Assembly (NCBI GenBank): GCA_023231475.1 | Contig: JALJEE010002328.1 | Coordinates: 1-64,000, forward strand | Origin: Seison nebaliae | Lineage: Eukaryota | Length of the DNA: 64,000 nucleotides | Direction of reading: 5' to 3' | Part shown: positions 53,139-64,000 of the stretch, in pieces | Numbering within the stretch: the first letter of the stretch is position 1 | Layout of the letters: every line of letters begins with the position of its first letter | Made by a program: the position numbers and the translations under genes | Notes under the pieces: model-generated | What the model was told of the DNA's origin: nothing | Databases searched by the model: none | Seen by the model: only the letters and a program-made list of their open reading frames with translations

Positions 53139-55087
53139 ATGACGTCACAAATCGATTATGTATATATGCAAAGTGGAAGATTATTCCAGCCACCAGATTA
53201 TAACTCATATATTACCACAACCTTATTCCTATTAATATTCCTCTTTGGATTTATTGCTAATCTTCTGGTCATGGTAACGCTGTGCAATCAGGCAACGAAA
53301 ACAGTAACAAATCAGTATTTTTTTACATTGGCAATGGTGGATTTCTTCTTCAACCTTTGTATTCCATTCAATATTATAACGAAACAGTTGAAAGGATGGT
53401 TATTTGGTGCTGTCATTTGTAAGATTTATTATATTCTCCACAATCTTAATCAATTCTCTTCAAGCTTCCTTTTGGCAATGTTAGCTTTCGATCGATATCT
53501 CGCTGTTTGTCATTCAGTCAAGGCAATCCGATATCGTTCGGTCAATAAAGCACGATGTATCATATTTGGAACTTTAACCACTTCATTCTTAGCAGTTCTT
53601 CCTATTTCCATGTTTGCTACAGAAATTCGTCAATTCGTCATATTTAACGATTTGCATTTTAAGCAATTCCTTCAATTGCCTACCTTGAACGATTCGTATA
53701 TTTACCAACTCCAAAATAATCATTCGCTGTTAAAGGAGACATTTGATAGACTTATGAAGGAGAAGCAATCATCATCAATTGGAGAACAATCAAACTTTTG
53801 TGATGGAAATGGAAGGAATTGCTTCCCATTATCCAAGAACGAACAATTAGTATATTGGAATAAATATCAATGGTCTATTATGGAGACGAATGAACATAAT
53901 AATTCCGAATTCATTCTTCAACGATATTATCACAACCTTCGTATCGGTTCATGTCAACCGATCCAAATTCTAACAGAAATCCAAAGTGTCTTCTATACAT
54001 TCATAATCAGTTATCTAATTCCAATTATTTTCATAGTTATTTTCTATTGGAAAGTGGGAAAAAAGATTTGGTGTTTAAATAAAAAATGGGAAATTATTAT
54101 TAGTCAAAGATTAGGTGTAAATGGTGTTAATGACAATTCGAAGCGTCAGTCATTGTGGAATCGATTCAGTCTGAATTTTGAACAAACTGATAGAGAAGTT
54201 TATTCGTTCTCAAAATATATTTGTTGTTGGTTATCATCCAACTATCTCTCAACATTAACGACAAAACAAAACCAATCAAGAAAATCTGCAGAGAATGTTT
54301 CAGAAGAAAAATCAACCGATTACCATTCTCCAATGTCATTCCATCAGATATCAAACAATCGTTCAATCTCTCATGAGAATAGTAATAGTTCCATAATTGA
54401 GTGTCAAAATTTGGAAAGAAAATTTGATTTTAATGTTCTCCAACGATTCGCAAAACAATCTCATGAGAATGTTCGGCGATTTCATCAATCCCGATTGTCC
54501 GCTCAATATCAAATCATTCAATTAATTGAAAAAATGGATGAAGTTAAATCAACTCAATCCGAACCGATAATGAGCGAAAGTAGAAATTTGAATAAGGAAT
54601 CTCCAGTCGTAGTAAAATTTCAGAAATCGTTAAGAAAAACGAAAATTGAAAAGAAATGTGAATTGAGAAGAAGTACAGTAGCAATACCAAATGATATTTT
54701 ACAATTATCTTTAAAGAATCGGAGACAAGCCAGAAGAAAAGTTACTCAAACGGCATTCATAGTCATAATTGTTTATATTGTATGTTGGTTGCCCTATTGG
54801 ATGAGTAACTTCTCTATTATTTATTTGCCAATGCCAATGTTCCATCAAGAGATTCTCATAAGAATTAAAGAGTATTGTCAGATTCTTGCCTATGTCAATA
54901 GTGCCGTTAATCCAATACTTTATGCATTCTTATCTGATGCTGTCCGGTTATTTATTTCTTATTCTTCATATTTTTTATTTCTTATTCATGTTATTTGATA
55001 ATAACAATTTTTTATTCTTCATCTTATAGAACGACATTCCTCCATTCTTTAAGAAAGTTTTTTAAATACTTTAAATGTTTGTATTAA
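53139..55087 (+). CDS. Allatostatin-C/somatostatin-receptor-like GPCR
   Basis: KTVTNQY, W-FG..CK, NQFSSSFLL..LAFDRYLAVCH, RRKVT, CWLPYW, AYVNSAVNPILYAFLSD. One GTT..TAG intron near the 3' end, then a short tail ending ...FKCLY*. Confidence 0.85.
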
Positions 55088-55136
55088 TTTTTATTTATAT
55101 TTTATTTATCAAATTAATTATTTAAAACAATTCTAT

Positions 55137-58100
55137 TTATAAACATTGTGCACTATTTTTTTCATTTTTTGCAGCCGGTGAAACGAGATGTTGCAATTCT
55201 TGATCAATTTGTTTCTCGAAAGTTTTCGGATCAAATTTGGATCCAGGCAAGATATCATCCAACCAATATAATTCATAATCATTGAAGAATTTTTCCAAAA
55301 ATCTTCTCAGAAAACACGTTCCTACGACCTAGAAAATGATATAAATGACATATCGGATAACTCAAAAAGGTAAATATCAAACTAATAATGGAAATGTGAT
55401 GGCAATGACGTGAACTTTCTTTACAACCAATAATGCAATTAATGCAAGTATCTGCCAAAGCGTAAAAAAATGAATTCGACTCAATTTGACATGTTGCAAA
55501 TAATCGTATTCTGGTTGATATTTGGATGGCATAAATAACAATTTGATACGATCAATGAACTAAAATGAATGTTTAAATGAATAAACAGTTGACAGAACAG
55601 AAGATTTACCTGAATTCCATTTAATGTATTTATCCCCATAAATAAAAATATACCATATAATGCAGGCATGGGAATAAACTATGAGGAAATTCATAAGATT
55701 GAGAGAAAATAAAGGGATAAAATGAACGTTCAGAAATGATGTGAAGAATACACTGACTCCCATTAGAATAGACATAAGTAAATTTGTTACACGTTGTTCA
55801 CTAGAAAGATAGAAGAAAACAATATGAAATTAATTTCTAATCGTTCTACTAACCGAATACCTAAAAATTGAGGTTTTTCTCCAGGTGCAGTACAGGCCGA
55901 CTCAATCTTTAATGCTTGTACATGAGTAACGGCGAGGACGGTAGCGGCAACGAACCATGGTAATCCAAATAAAGAACATAGAGCCACCGAAATAGCAATT
56001 ATCAACAAATCCAAATGATATCCAACACCCTTCTTTAATTTAAACTCTTTCCGATTAATAATTACCGCTGTAATTTGTTGGTCCATAAAGATTAATAAAG
56101 TTGCCAGACATGCGGGAATAAATGCGGCAAAAATCGTCCAAAATTTATTGTGTTTCATAGGATGAATAAACCATTCACGATCATTTCTTGTCGGCTAAAA
56201 TGCAAAGAAAAATTGTTTAGAAAAAGATAATAGTAAATTTTTAAACTCTAAATTCATTAGGAACAACCAATTTTGGAGTTTTTAACGCCAATAAGAAGTC
56301 TATGACTGTACAAATAACGATTGCAAATAACACGGAAAAATCACTAATGAAATTCCGAACCTTTGTTTGAAAAGCATAAATTTTTTATAAATTAAAAAAA
56401 AATATATTAACAACTGATGGGAGATAATGGCTTGTTTTAAATTTTTTTAATTTAATGCATAAAGTGAAAGTGATAATGAACATGATTGTACACCAAAAAA
56501 ATACATCAGGATGATATTGTGCGTGTTCGATTAACTGATCGCAAGCCCATTGCGGATAACCGGTTAATATGCCACCCTTCGATGAACAATCTGCTAAAGT
56601 TGGTGGATTAAAATGAGATAAATAATCTCCTGGACTACTAATATTCATATTTGCTATTAATGATTCATCTACTACACTATCTGTAACGTTTCCAACTAAT
56701 TCGTCATCATCAATAAAATAATGTTCCAAATGTTTTTGTTTGTAATAAGGTAGAAGTGATGTGTTTACTCGTAAATCACAAATACACTTCAAATGATCCA
56801 CTTCCAATGCGGCTTCTAAATGTTCTTTATGAATTGTATTGGTCGCTATCGGATCAGTTTTCAATATGGAAAATAATTGTTTGATGGCCTCATAAATGAA
56901 TATAATGGAGACTAAAGATGCGAAACATTCTTCTGTGAACCTTGTAATGAATTTCACCAGGAAACTCAAATCGAACATTACAAAGAACAATAAAATTACA
57001 GACACCCAAATACCGATCCATAATCGGAATTCTAAAAATTCGAATCCAAACCGTTCACATAATTGAAAGACAATTTCTTCCATGATTAAAATTGGTCCTG
57101 TCGCTGATAAGATATTCATAGGTTGACCAGCAAATAATGAAAATAAAACACCTACCACTGAACCAGATATGATACATTCCATTGTAGCCATTTTATTTCT
57201 AGTTGCACCGCCAATTAGTGCTCCAAACGCCACAACAGAACACAATGTCACCAAATAAAGAAATACTGCCGCTGCTACACATTGGAGACTTAAAGCGTCT
57301 CGAAAATCACTTGCATACCATTTCATTTTGCGTTTAACATCGCCAATTAGACCGCCAAAAATCCTTCCGGTTTTTTCGATTTCATCCCCATGTGTATGTA
57401 ATTCATCGATATTACTTTTATGAATAATATAATCGATATTTGGCATCTGTTTCCTATTCTCTTTAGTCAAGATCTTTTCAGGAGGTTCTATATCCAAAAG
57501 TGGATTCCATTCCGATGGTGGAATTACCATAGCATCGAACATGAAATAATCGAACATTTGTATAAATTCAGATCGATTTTCACACGAATACGCAATTTCT
57601 TTATATACATCATCAATTAGCGCAGTAGCCAAACATCGACCCATTTCATAGACTCGATAATGATCAGTCGGTTTATTAGCTGGACCGAATATACAACAAA
57701 AGAATTTACAGGGAATATCTACTTCGAATAAATTTGGTACTTCAATGCTTTCTTCTAATCTAATAATCACCACCAGTATTTCATTTATGCAATCTAAACT
57801 AGCAACACTAATAGCTGCTCCCAAACATCCTTCACCAATTTTTTTCTTGAAACGGTAATTTGACTAGAAGAAATTTCAATTGATAGAAATTTGAATAGTT
57901 GATGGATAAAAAAAACTTTTTTCTTCTTCTTTCCTTTCATCACATCCTTACTGCTATCGCTGTTTCCTGAAGTTATTGAAGTTTTCCGGAAACGTGGTAA
58001 GCCAGAAATCAATTTATTTCCTTCTGCACCACCTCCATTATTTCCATTATTATTTCTATCGCTATCAGTCGAATATTCACCTGAAACAAAATTCCAGCAA

Positions 58101-58947
58101 AAAAAAGATGAAATCAAATTATAAAATAATTGAACTTCTTGAATATATCTCATCCAAATGGAGTTTTTTAGTGACATCCCGAACACGTGATATTTTACCA
58201 TCCGTTCCTTTGATTTGATGATTATGGACAATAGGCATATTTATAATTCGTTTAATATTATTGCAAGTCTTATGATCAAATTGTAATTTTGTATGTAATT
58301 TTTGTGAAACAGATTCTGATATTGAAAGAAAATAATATTAGAAATGAAATTGTAATAAACGAACCAGCTAAATCATCCAAATTTTTTATTGATGATGTTT
58401 CATGAAACATTAATATTCCCCTTTCTCGTATTATCGACCGTAAATCTGTTAAAGATGTCATTGTAAGTGTCGCTACTCGAGGTTTGGACCATCTTCCCGG
58501 AGATTTCAATGCCTTTTCTTCGAACCGTACCCATCTATTGTAAAATGATTTTTAAAAAGATGTTAATTATCATTATTATTTATTTAAAATAATGAGAATA
58601 ATATAATAATACCTTGCTGCTTCTCGCCATACAGAATTTTGATTAATTTCTTCTCTTAAATTAATTGTACAGAATTCGTTCAATTGGCAAAACAAAGGAG
58701 GAATATGCAAATCAAGACTATGCAACCGATTTCTCAACAAGTGACGACTGGGAGCTGATGATGTTAGAGGCAAAGGAATTGCCTGAACATTTTTCTTTTT
58801 CGATGGTTTGGGCGTTAAATGAGATAAAATTGTCCCACGTCTTCGACCTTTATTCTCCACAACTTTTATTTTGGTATCATTATCAGTAAAAGATAAAGCA
58901 ACATGTCTATGTTTAAGTTTGTCGCTTGCTAAAGATTTATCGCTCAT
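55137..58947 (-). CDS. SLC4 bicarbonate transporter (anion exchanger / Na-HCO3 cotransporter family); possible extra 5' exons up to ~59690
   Basis: [88 protein letters not shown]. At least ten introns. Confidence 0.92.
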
Positions 58948-60725
58948 TCTTCTAATAGGAAACTTATACGTATAACAAAAAAGTTTAATTATATTATTGT
59001 TATATTTTACTAACTAAATAGTTGGGGAAAGGTTAATCTCTTTTTTTCCATCTTTTTTTTATTTATCTTGTATAAAAGTTTTAAAATATTCACTCATCAT
59101 TGAAAATTTTATTCATCAGATAATTTCACATTACTGTCACTCTTGGCTTTTGTTGACTTTCGAACATCGTTTTCCGCTTCAACGACTTTAAGCAAAAAAC
59201 TAAAGAAGAAGATATGATAAAAAGATTGAACAAAGAATATATCAACAAAATGGTACAACCAAATTATTACTTAAACCGAAAGAAATTAGTGAATTAATTT
59301 AATTCAAATTATATCTCAATTTATTATCATGAATTACATATTAATTATTTTGTTATTTAATGGCCAATTTTGATAATTTATTACTAATCAAGATCTTCAA
59401 ATTTTTCTTGTTTACGAATCACTCGATTTCCTGTTCAGAATTATCATTAAACAGTGACGGTTCAACATCATCGATCACCGACAAATCAGTTTCCTCTATG
59501 GCGAAGATTTTGTTCGATTTTCTAAAATTTATTCGATGTCGACTTTTCGATTTAGCATTCGTATTCTCATTCGAGTCTTTACCGCTTCTTTTACTAATAC
59601 GACTTGTAGTGGGTGTTAATGGTCGTCGGGATGTGGAGTCATTCGAGACATTGTCTGTATCATGAACTTTCAATGAAATTTTCTTCCTTGCTGAAAATTA
59701 AGAAATCTTTTAATTCAATTATTCAAGCTCAATCTAACAAATTTGCAGAATAAGTTTTTCTATTATCAGAGAAAATTATGTCAGAGAACATTTAATTTCA
59801 ATATTAAATTTAACTTCTCCTTTCTAATTGCTTATGACATTTGGCAAACAGTTCTAAAAATTTATACAATAAACTTTTTTTTTAAAAAGAAAACTTCTTT
59901 GATTCTTTTCATATTGGGATAATCTATAATCCATAAGATCGCCTAGTTCTTTATATAACAGATCAAATGTAACAATGAATATAAAAGTAAGAAGACACCT
60001 TCATAAAATTGAACAATATCTGGTTGGTCTCTATATTCGGTCATTGAATAAGTTGTCCATTCACCTGATTAATTAAATTTATCAACGTTAAATCCTATTC
60101 ATTAAGTAATAACGAATGCGTCTCAATGCTAATCGATAATCATTAGGACGACTCAATTGCCACGTATCTAATAGACAACTACAATCGTTCTTCAATTTCC
60201 GCCTGCCAAAATATTTAAAGGTGGAGGAATCGATTGTTCCCTCGAAATATATCCTTTCTGACAAAAAATTTTCCAAAGATTCGCTTAAAACATTTCTGAT
60301 TTCGTCTTGCGAAAATTGTAAATTCAATTTGTTTCTACAACTGTTAATAAAAAAATTAACTGTCTAAATGTACTTGTTCTTGTAGTCCGTCATTGACATC
60401 AATACTTCTTGTATCTAACATGTTTGTCAAACTGAAATTCGATTTACTAAATATGAATAGTTGTGCGCTTTCTCTTAGAACTCGATAAGGATTATACGAA
60501 TTTGGATTTAATACAAATTGAAAATTGATGTAATTCTAGTACACTCAATTAAGCTAGTTTCAATATATTTATGACAAAATTATGTTCATTTAATTTCGAA
60601 TCTATATTGTATATTATATAGTCTTTACTATACAGTTTTTTCTATATCACGGTCGTCAAAATTGAAACAACAAAAAAATATTATGTCTCACGTTTATGTG
60701 TTTAACAAATGTTTATTATGTTTAG

Positions 60726-60859
60726 TCCGTGAATCTTTTGTCCGTGGCTCTTTTATCCGTGGCTCTTTTGTCCATGGCTCTTTTGTCTCGTAGCTCTTTT
60801 GTGCCGTAGCTCTTTTGTGCCGTGGCTCTTTTGTCTCGTGGCTCTTATGTCCTAGACTC
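60726..60859 (+). repeat. Tandem array of ~8 imperfect 15-16-bp units (gtccgtggctctttt)
   Basis: Direct reading. There are no spacers between units, and the array ends in gtcctagactc. Confidence 0.85.
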
Positions 60860-61399
60860 GTAATTTACTTACTCTAGAGAATCCCAAAATATAATCAAAA
60901 TTCAAATTTATAACTGCTAACTATCAAGTGCAGTGGCTTAAAGTTATCAAAAAGAGAGAGAAAAATTTTTCACTAATTGAGTTTACTTTTTTTGAAAATT
61001 CTATATTCAATACGAATTCATTTTCACTTATTTATAGCACATTCGAAAGAGCATGAATTGCTCTTTCTTAAAATATTAAATTTTTTGTTGTGAAGAAAAA
61101 AATTCATTGAAAAAAGTGACAATAAAAAAATTTTTTAAATTTTTGGGGGGAATTTTCCAATGGGGGAATCTTCTAGAATCCTTTTGTACTGTATAATTTT
61201 TTTAAAAATTAATGAGCACATTATATTTTGACTATCCACCTTTCCAAAAATCATTTTCGTCGGTGATAAATAATGTTCTATCACTATGCGAAGTTTCAGG
61301 CTCGATTTCGAGTCCGATATAGTTGAGGTTCCCTTGTAAACGAAAAATCTTAACAAATTGTCCTCTAACAAAAAAATATAGCAATTTTATCGATTACAA

Positions 61400-61960
61400 A
61401 TGCGACAATACCATATTCCTTGGTTGAACAACCAAGGACAGTACCATCGATGGAAACATCGACAATAATAAGAAAAGCTCTTTTTGGGTTGAACATATTC
61501 GAAATAAGTTTATTAGCTCCTTTCACTTGTTTCATTGTCGTTGCAATTATTTTCCTCTTTCGACAAAAATTCAATTATTCAAAATATTCTGTTGCGATTT
61601 GTATGGGTTACAATGTTCAGTATTTTTTCAAGATCTATGCTCACATTGGATCGCGCTTATAATCGCTGTATAAGAAGCCTGGTAGGCTGTTATCATCCAT
61701 TTTCTCGAACCTTTGTGTTCGCGATTACCGGGCTTCCTCCTCTTTCTCTATTGTTACGCAAAAGATCATCCAAAACATAAAATTGTCAGACTTCCGATCA
61801 GTATCAACAATTCACTAACCTATCAATTTTTTCTGAAACTATTATACCGTCGAATAAGCTGAATCCTTAATATCCAATTTTTCGATCGATAACTGTGTTC
61901 CCGATATCCTTTCTCCTTAAATCTTACGAGACGTCATATTATCTCAAATCTTAATTCTTT
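61400..61960 (+). mobile_element. Degenerate LINE ORF2 3' fragment
   Basis: HIRNKFISSFHLFHCRC..KIQLFKIFCCDLYGLQ..SMLTLDRAYNRCIRSLVGCYHPFSR parallels the copy at 62456-62758. Confidence 0.75.
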
Positions 61961-62099
61961 TTCTTTATTTATTTTTATTATCAAAAATGCCCAAACTGAG
62001 ATTTATTCTAAAATTAAAAAAAAGATTTAATGATAGAAATATGGAATATGTCACCAACTGACGAATACTGCTTTTCGGAATGAAACTTAATTCAATTAA

Positions 62100-63070
62100 A
62101 AATCATTTATTATGGTAAAACAGAGTGGAGAATTATCCATATAACATTATCCATTGGGAAAATACTTGATGATGTAATAATTCCGTGTAACAACCGATTC
62201 TCGTTTTCATTGGAAAACTATAATTATCCCGCAGTTCGTGCATATGCTGATGATATAGTCCTCCTCGCAGCCTCATCAAAAAATCTGAAAACGGTTTATG
62301 ATGTAGTGGTGAGAAGAATGAGCCAGTGCGGAATTGAATGTAACAACAGTAAGTCCAAAATCATAACTAATCGAACGATTTTACCTCGCTATTCTGAACT
62401 TCGAGAAATAGTTTAGAATGATCTCATTTTCCTCGGATGTAGAATCGATAATCGTTTGAAGTCTTCATCGTCCATCGATAAAATCAGATCGAAATTTATC
62501 CGAGCGTTTTATTCCTTTCACCATCGGTGTAAACTATTTTCAATCGAACTGAAAATCCAGCTATTTCGTACATTCTGCACGGATTTTTATGGAATTCAGG
62601 CATCTATCTTATTTTCCATACAGTCCATGACCTCTATGGATAGAGCATACAATCGGTGCTGCCGTATCTTACTCAGATGTAAACGTCCCTTCAATCGAGC
62701 ATTTATGTTCTTATGTCTATTTAATGGGCATCTCCTCTTTCCCATTGTTAATCGTTAAGAGGTATTTGTCACTCGTGTCCGATATTAACATATCTTCTTT
62801 TCCTCATCCGACATATGCAGAGTGTGAACAATTCAACAGTCCTGCAAAATTTTTCTGCCAATACTATACTTTACAGTATCCCATCTCCATGGAAGAGTTG
62901 GAAGGACTCGTAAGCAATTTTAATCTCGAATCATTTATTCCTATTCATCTGAGGGATGGATTGTCTCGTGGTCGTGAGTTTATTTCCGGTAACAATTTTT
63001 CTTCACTTATTGATTTTCTTTACACTTTATCCTATGGGGATTCCGCGTCTTAAAATTAAAAAAAAAAAAA
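62100..63070 (+). mobile_element. 5'-truncated LINE: reverse transcriptase to ORF2 end, with poly(A) tail
   Basis: RT motif AYADDIVLLA, N..KSKII and FLG. The ORF2 stop at 63053 is followed 4 nt later by A13 (63058-63070). An internal stop and a frameshift indicate decay. Confidence 0.88.
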
Positions 63071-63783
63071 TATAACGGGCATAATATAATCTCCCAATTA
63101 ATAAAAATAGACTGATACAATAATAGGAAGATAAAATCGTCGTAATTCAAGTTGTCTCAAGGTTTTAATTCCAACAAGGCTCATTTCTAAGAGCGGTAAA
63201 GATATATTACAAAAGTTATCACGGCAAAGGTATATTAGTCAATTTAAACTGTCTAGGAACATAGAATTCCGAAATAAATCTGATTAAATATTATATTTTT
63301 TTAAGTTGAACATTTATTAATGATGAAATAAATAACTATAATTTATATTATTTAACTGACTGTTCGAAACATTCTCAAATACATCCATTGTGTTAATACA
63401 GAATTATTATACGGACGAACGATTTTGTCTCATACGTTTAATTTTAATGTAGAAACCTGAACAGAAAAAAATACTAAAGAAAATGTGACTTTTTTTGAAC
63501 TAACCAACTGTTGTTGTTGTTGGTTTTAAAAGATATTTAACAAAACACTAATTATTGTTTCATAATTTGACCTAACCAAACGGAAAGACAAACTAATAGC
63601 TGAATAATAAAAAACTGAAAGATGGAATACGAAGGTATAAAATGTAGATGTAATTCGTTTGAAAAATTAATAGGAAATTTATTTAAAGAAATTGTTTCGA
63701 TTGTTCATAAGTTTCACCTATTTATTTGTCTTTTTTCATTTCCCATTATTTTCGTATTGTAATCAATCTCATTCTGTCAAGCA

Positions 63784-64000
63784 ATGATCTCCCATTTCTC
63801 ATATATCTGGTTCATCTTTTTACAATTAGTCAATTACCAATCATATCATTCAGCTAAGTTACATCATGAATATGCTGTTGTTATTGATTGTGGAAGTACT
63901 GGTAGTCGGATATTCATTTATCGATGGATAACAATACCATCATCAATTATATTATCATCAACGGATCATACACGACATTTACCAAAATATGAATTATTTG
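63784..64000 (+). CDS. NTPDase/apyrase (GDA1/CD39 family), 5' end only
   Basis: MISHFSYIWFIFLQL... followed by apyrase conserved region 1, YAVVIDCGSTGSRIFIYRW. The frame is open to the window end. Confidence 0.8.
   Translation, partial: MISHFSYIWFIFLQLVNYQSYHSAKLHHEYAVVIDCGSTGSRIFIYRWITIPSSIILSSTDHTRHLPKYELF

Noticed and set aside
60088..60540. Minus-strand coding-like stretch (79-aa ORF plus upstream frame)
   Set aside because: Interrupted by stops or a frameshift, with no recognisable domain or workable splice; possibly a relic.
60726..60859. Possible CRISPR array
   Set aside because: Units are contiguous with no unique spacers, there are no cas genes, and the context is eukaryotic.
1..64000. 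Alternative genetic code or stop-codon reassignment as the cause of fragmented ORFs
   Set aside because: Short GT..AG introns explain the breaks in host genes, and long ORFs (3466 aa) translate normally with the standard code.
1..64000. tRNA, rRNA, snRNA or spliced-leader genes
   Set aside because: No recognisable signatures by eye; a covariance-model search would be needed to exclude divergent ones.

Overview
AT-rich, gene-dense eukaryotic nuclear DNA from an animal with a compact genome. It is probably an invertebrate (laminin alpha, tachykinin- and allatostatin-C-type GPCRs); the species cannot be determined from sequence alone. I reconstructed about 20 protein genes by hand, split by tiny introns (mostly 40-75 nt): a tachykinin-like receptor, laminin alpha-3/5-type, HMGXB4-like, RRM-only PPIE-like, ZC2HC1A-like, NDUFB10, UQCRC2, GST-theta, a secreted PAN/Apple + coiled-coil protein, an SLC6 transporter, EndoG, MED6, stomatin, ENPP, an AstC/somatostatin-like receptor, SLC4, the start of an ENTPD and several orphans. 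Degenerate LINE and Tc1 remnants are also present. The most striking signal is splicing. About 67 of the ~73 introns I could place by restoring reading frames begin with GTT instead of the usual GTR(AGT), and roughly a fifth end in AAG, which suggests rewired splice-site recognition in this lineage. Other points of interest are a laminin alpha that stops after LG3, a spliceosomal PPIE lacking its cyclophilin domain, and a PAN3-coil-PAN2 protein with an intron at the same position in all five PAN modules. Exon structures and counts are manual and not confirmed by RNA data.
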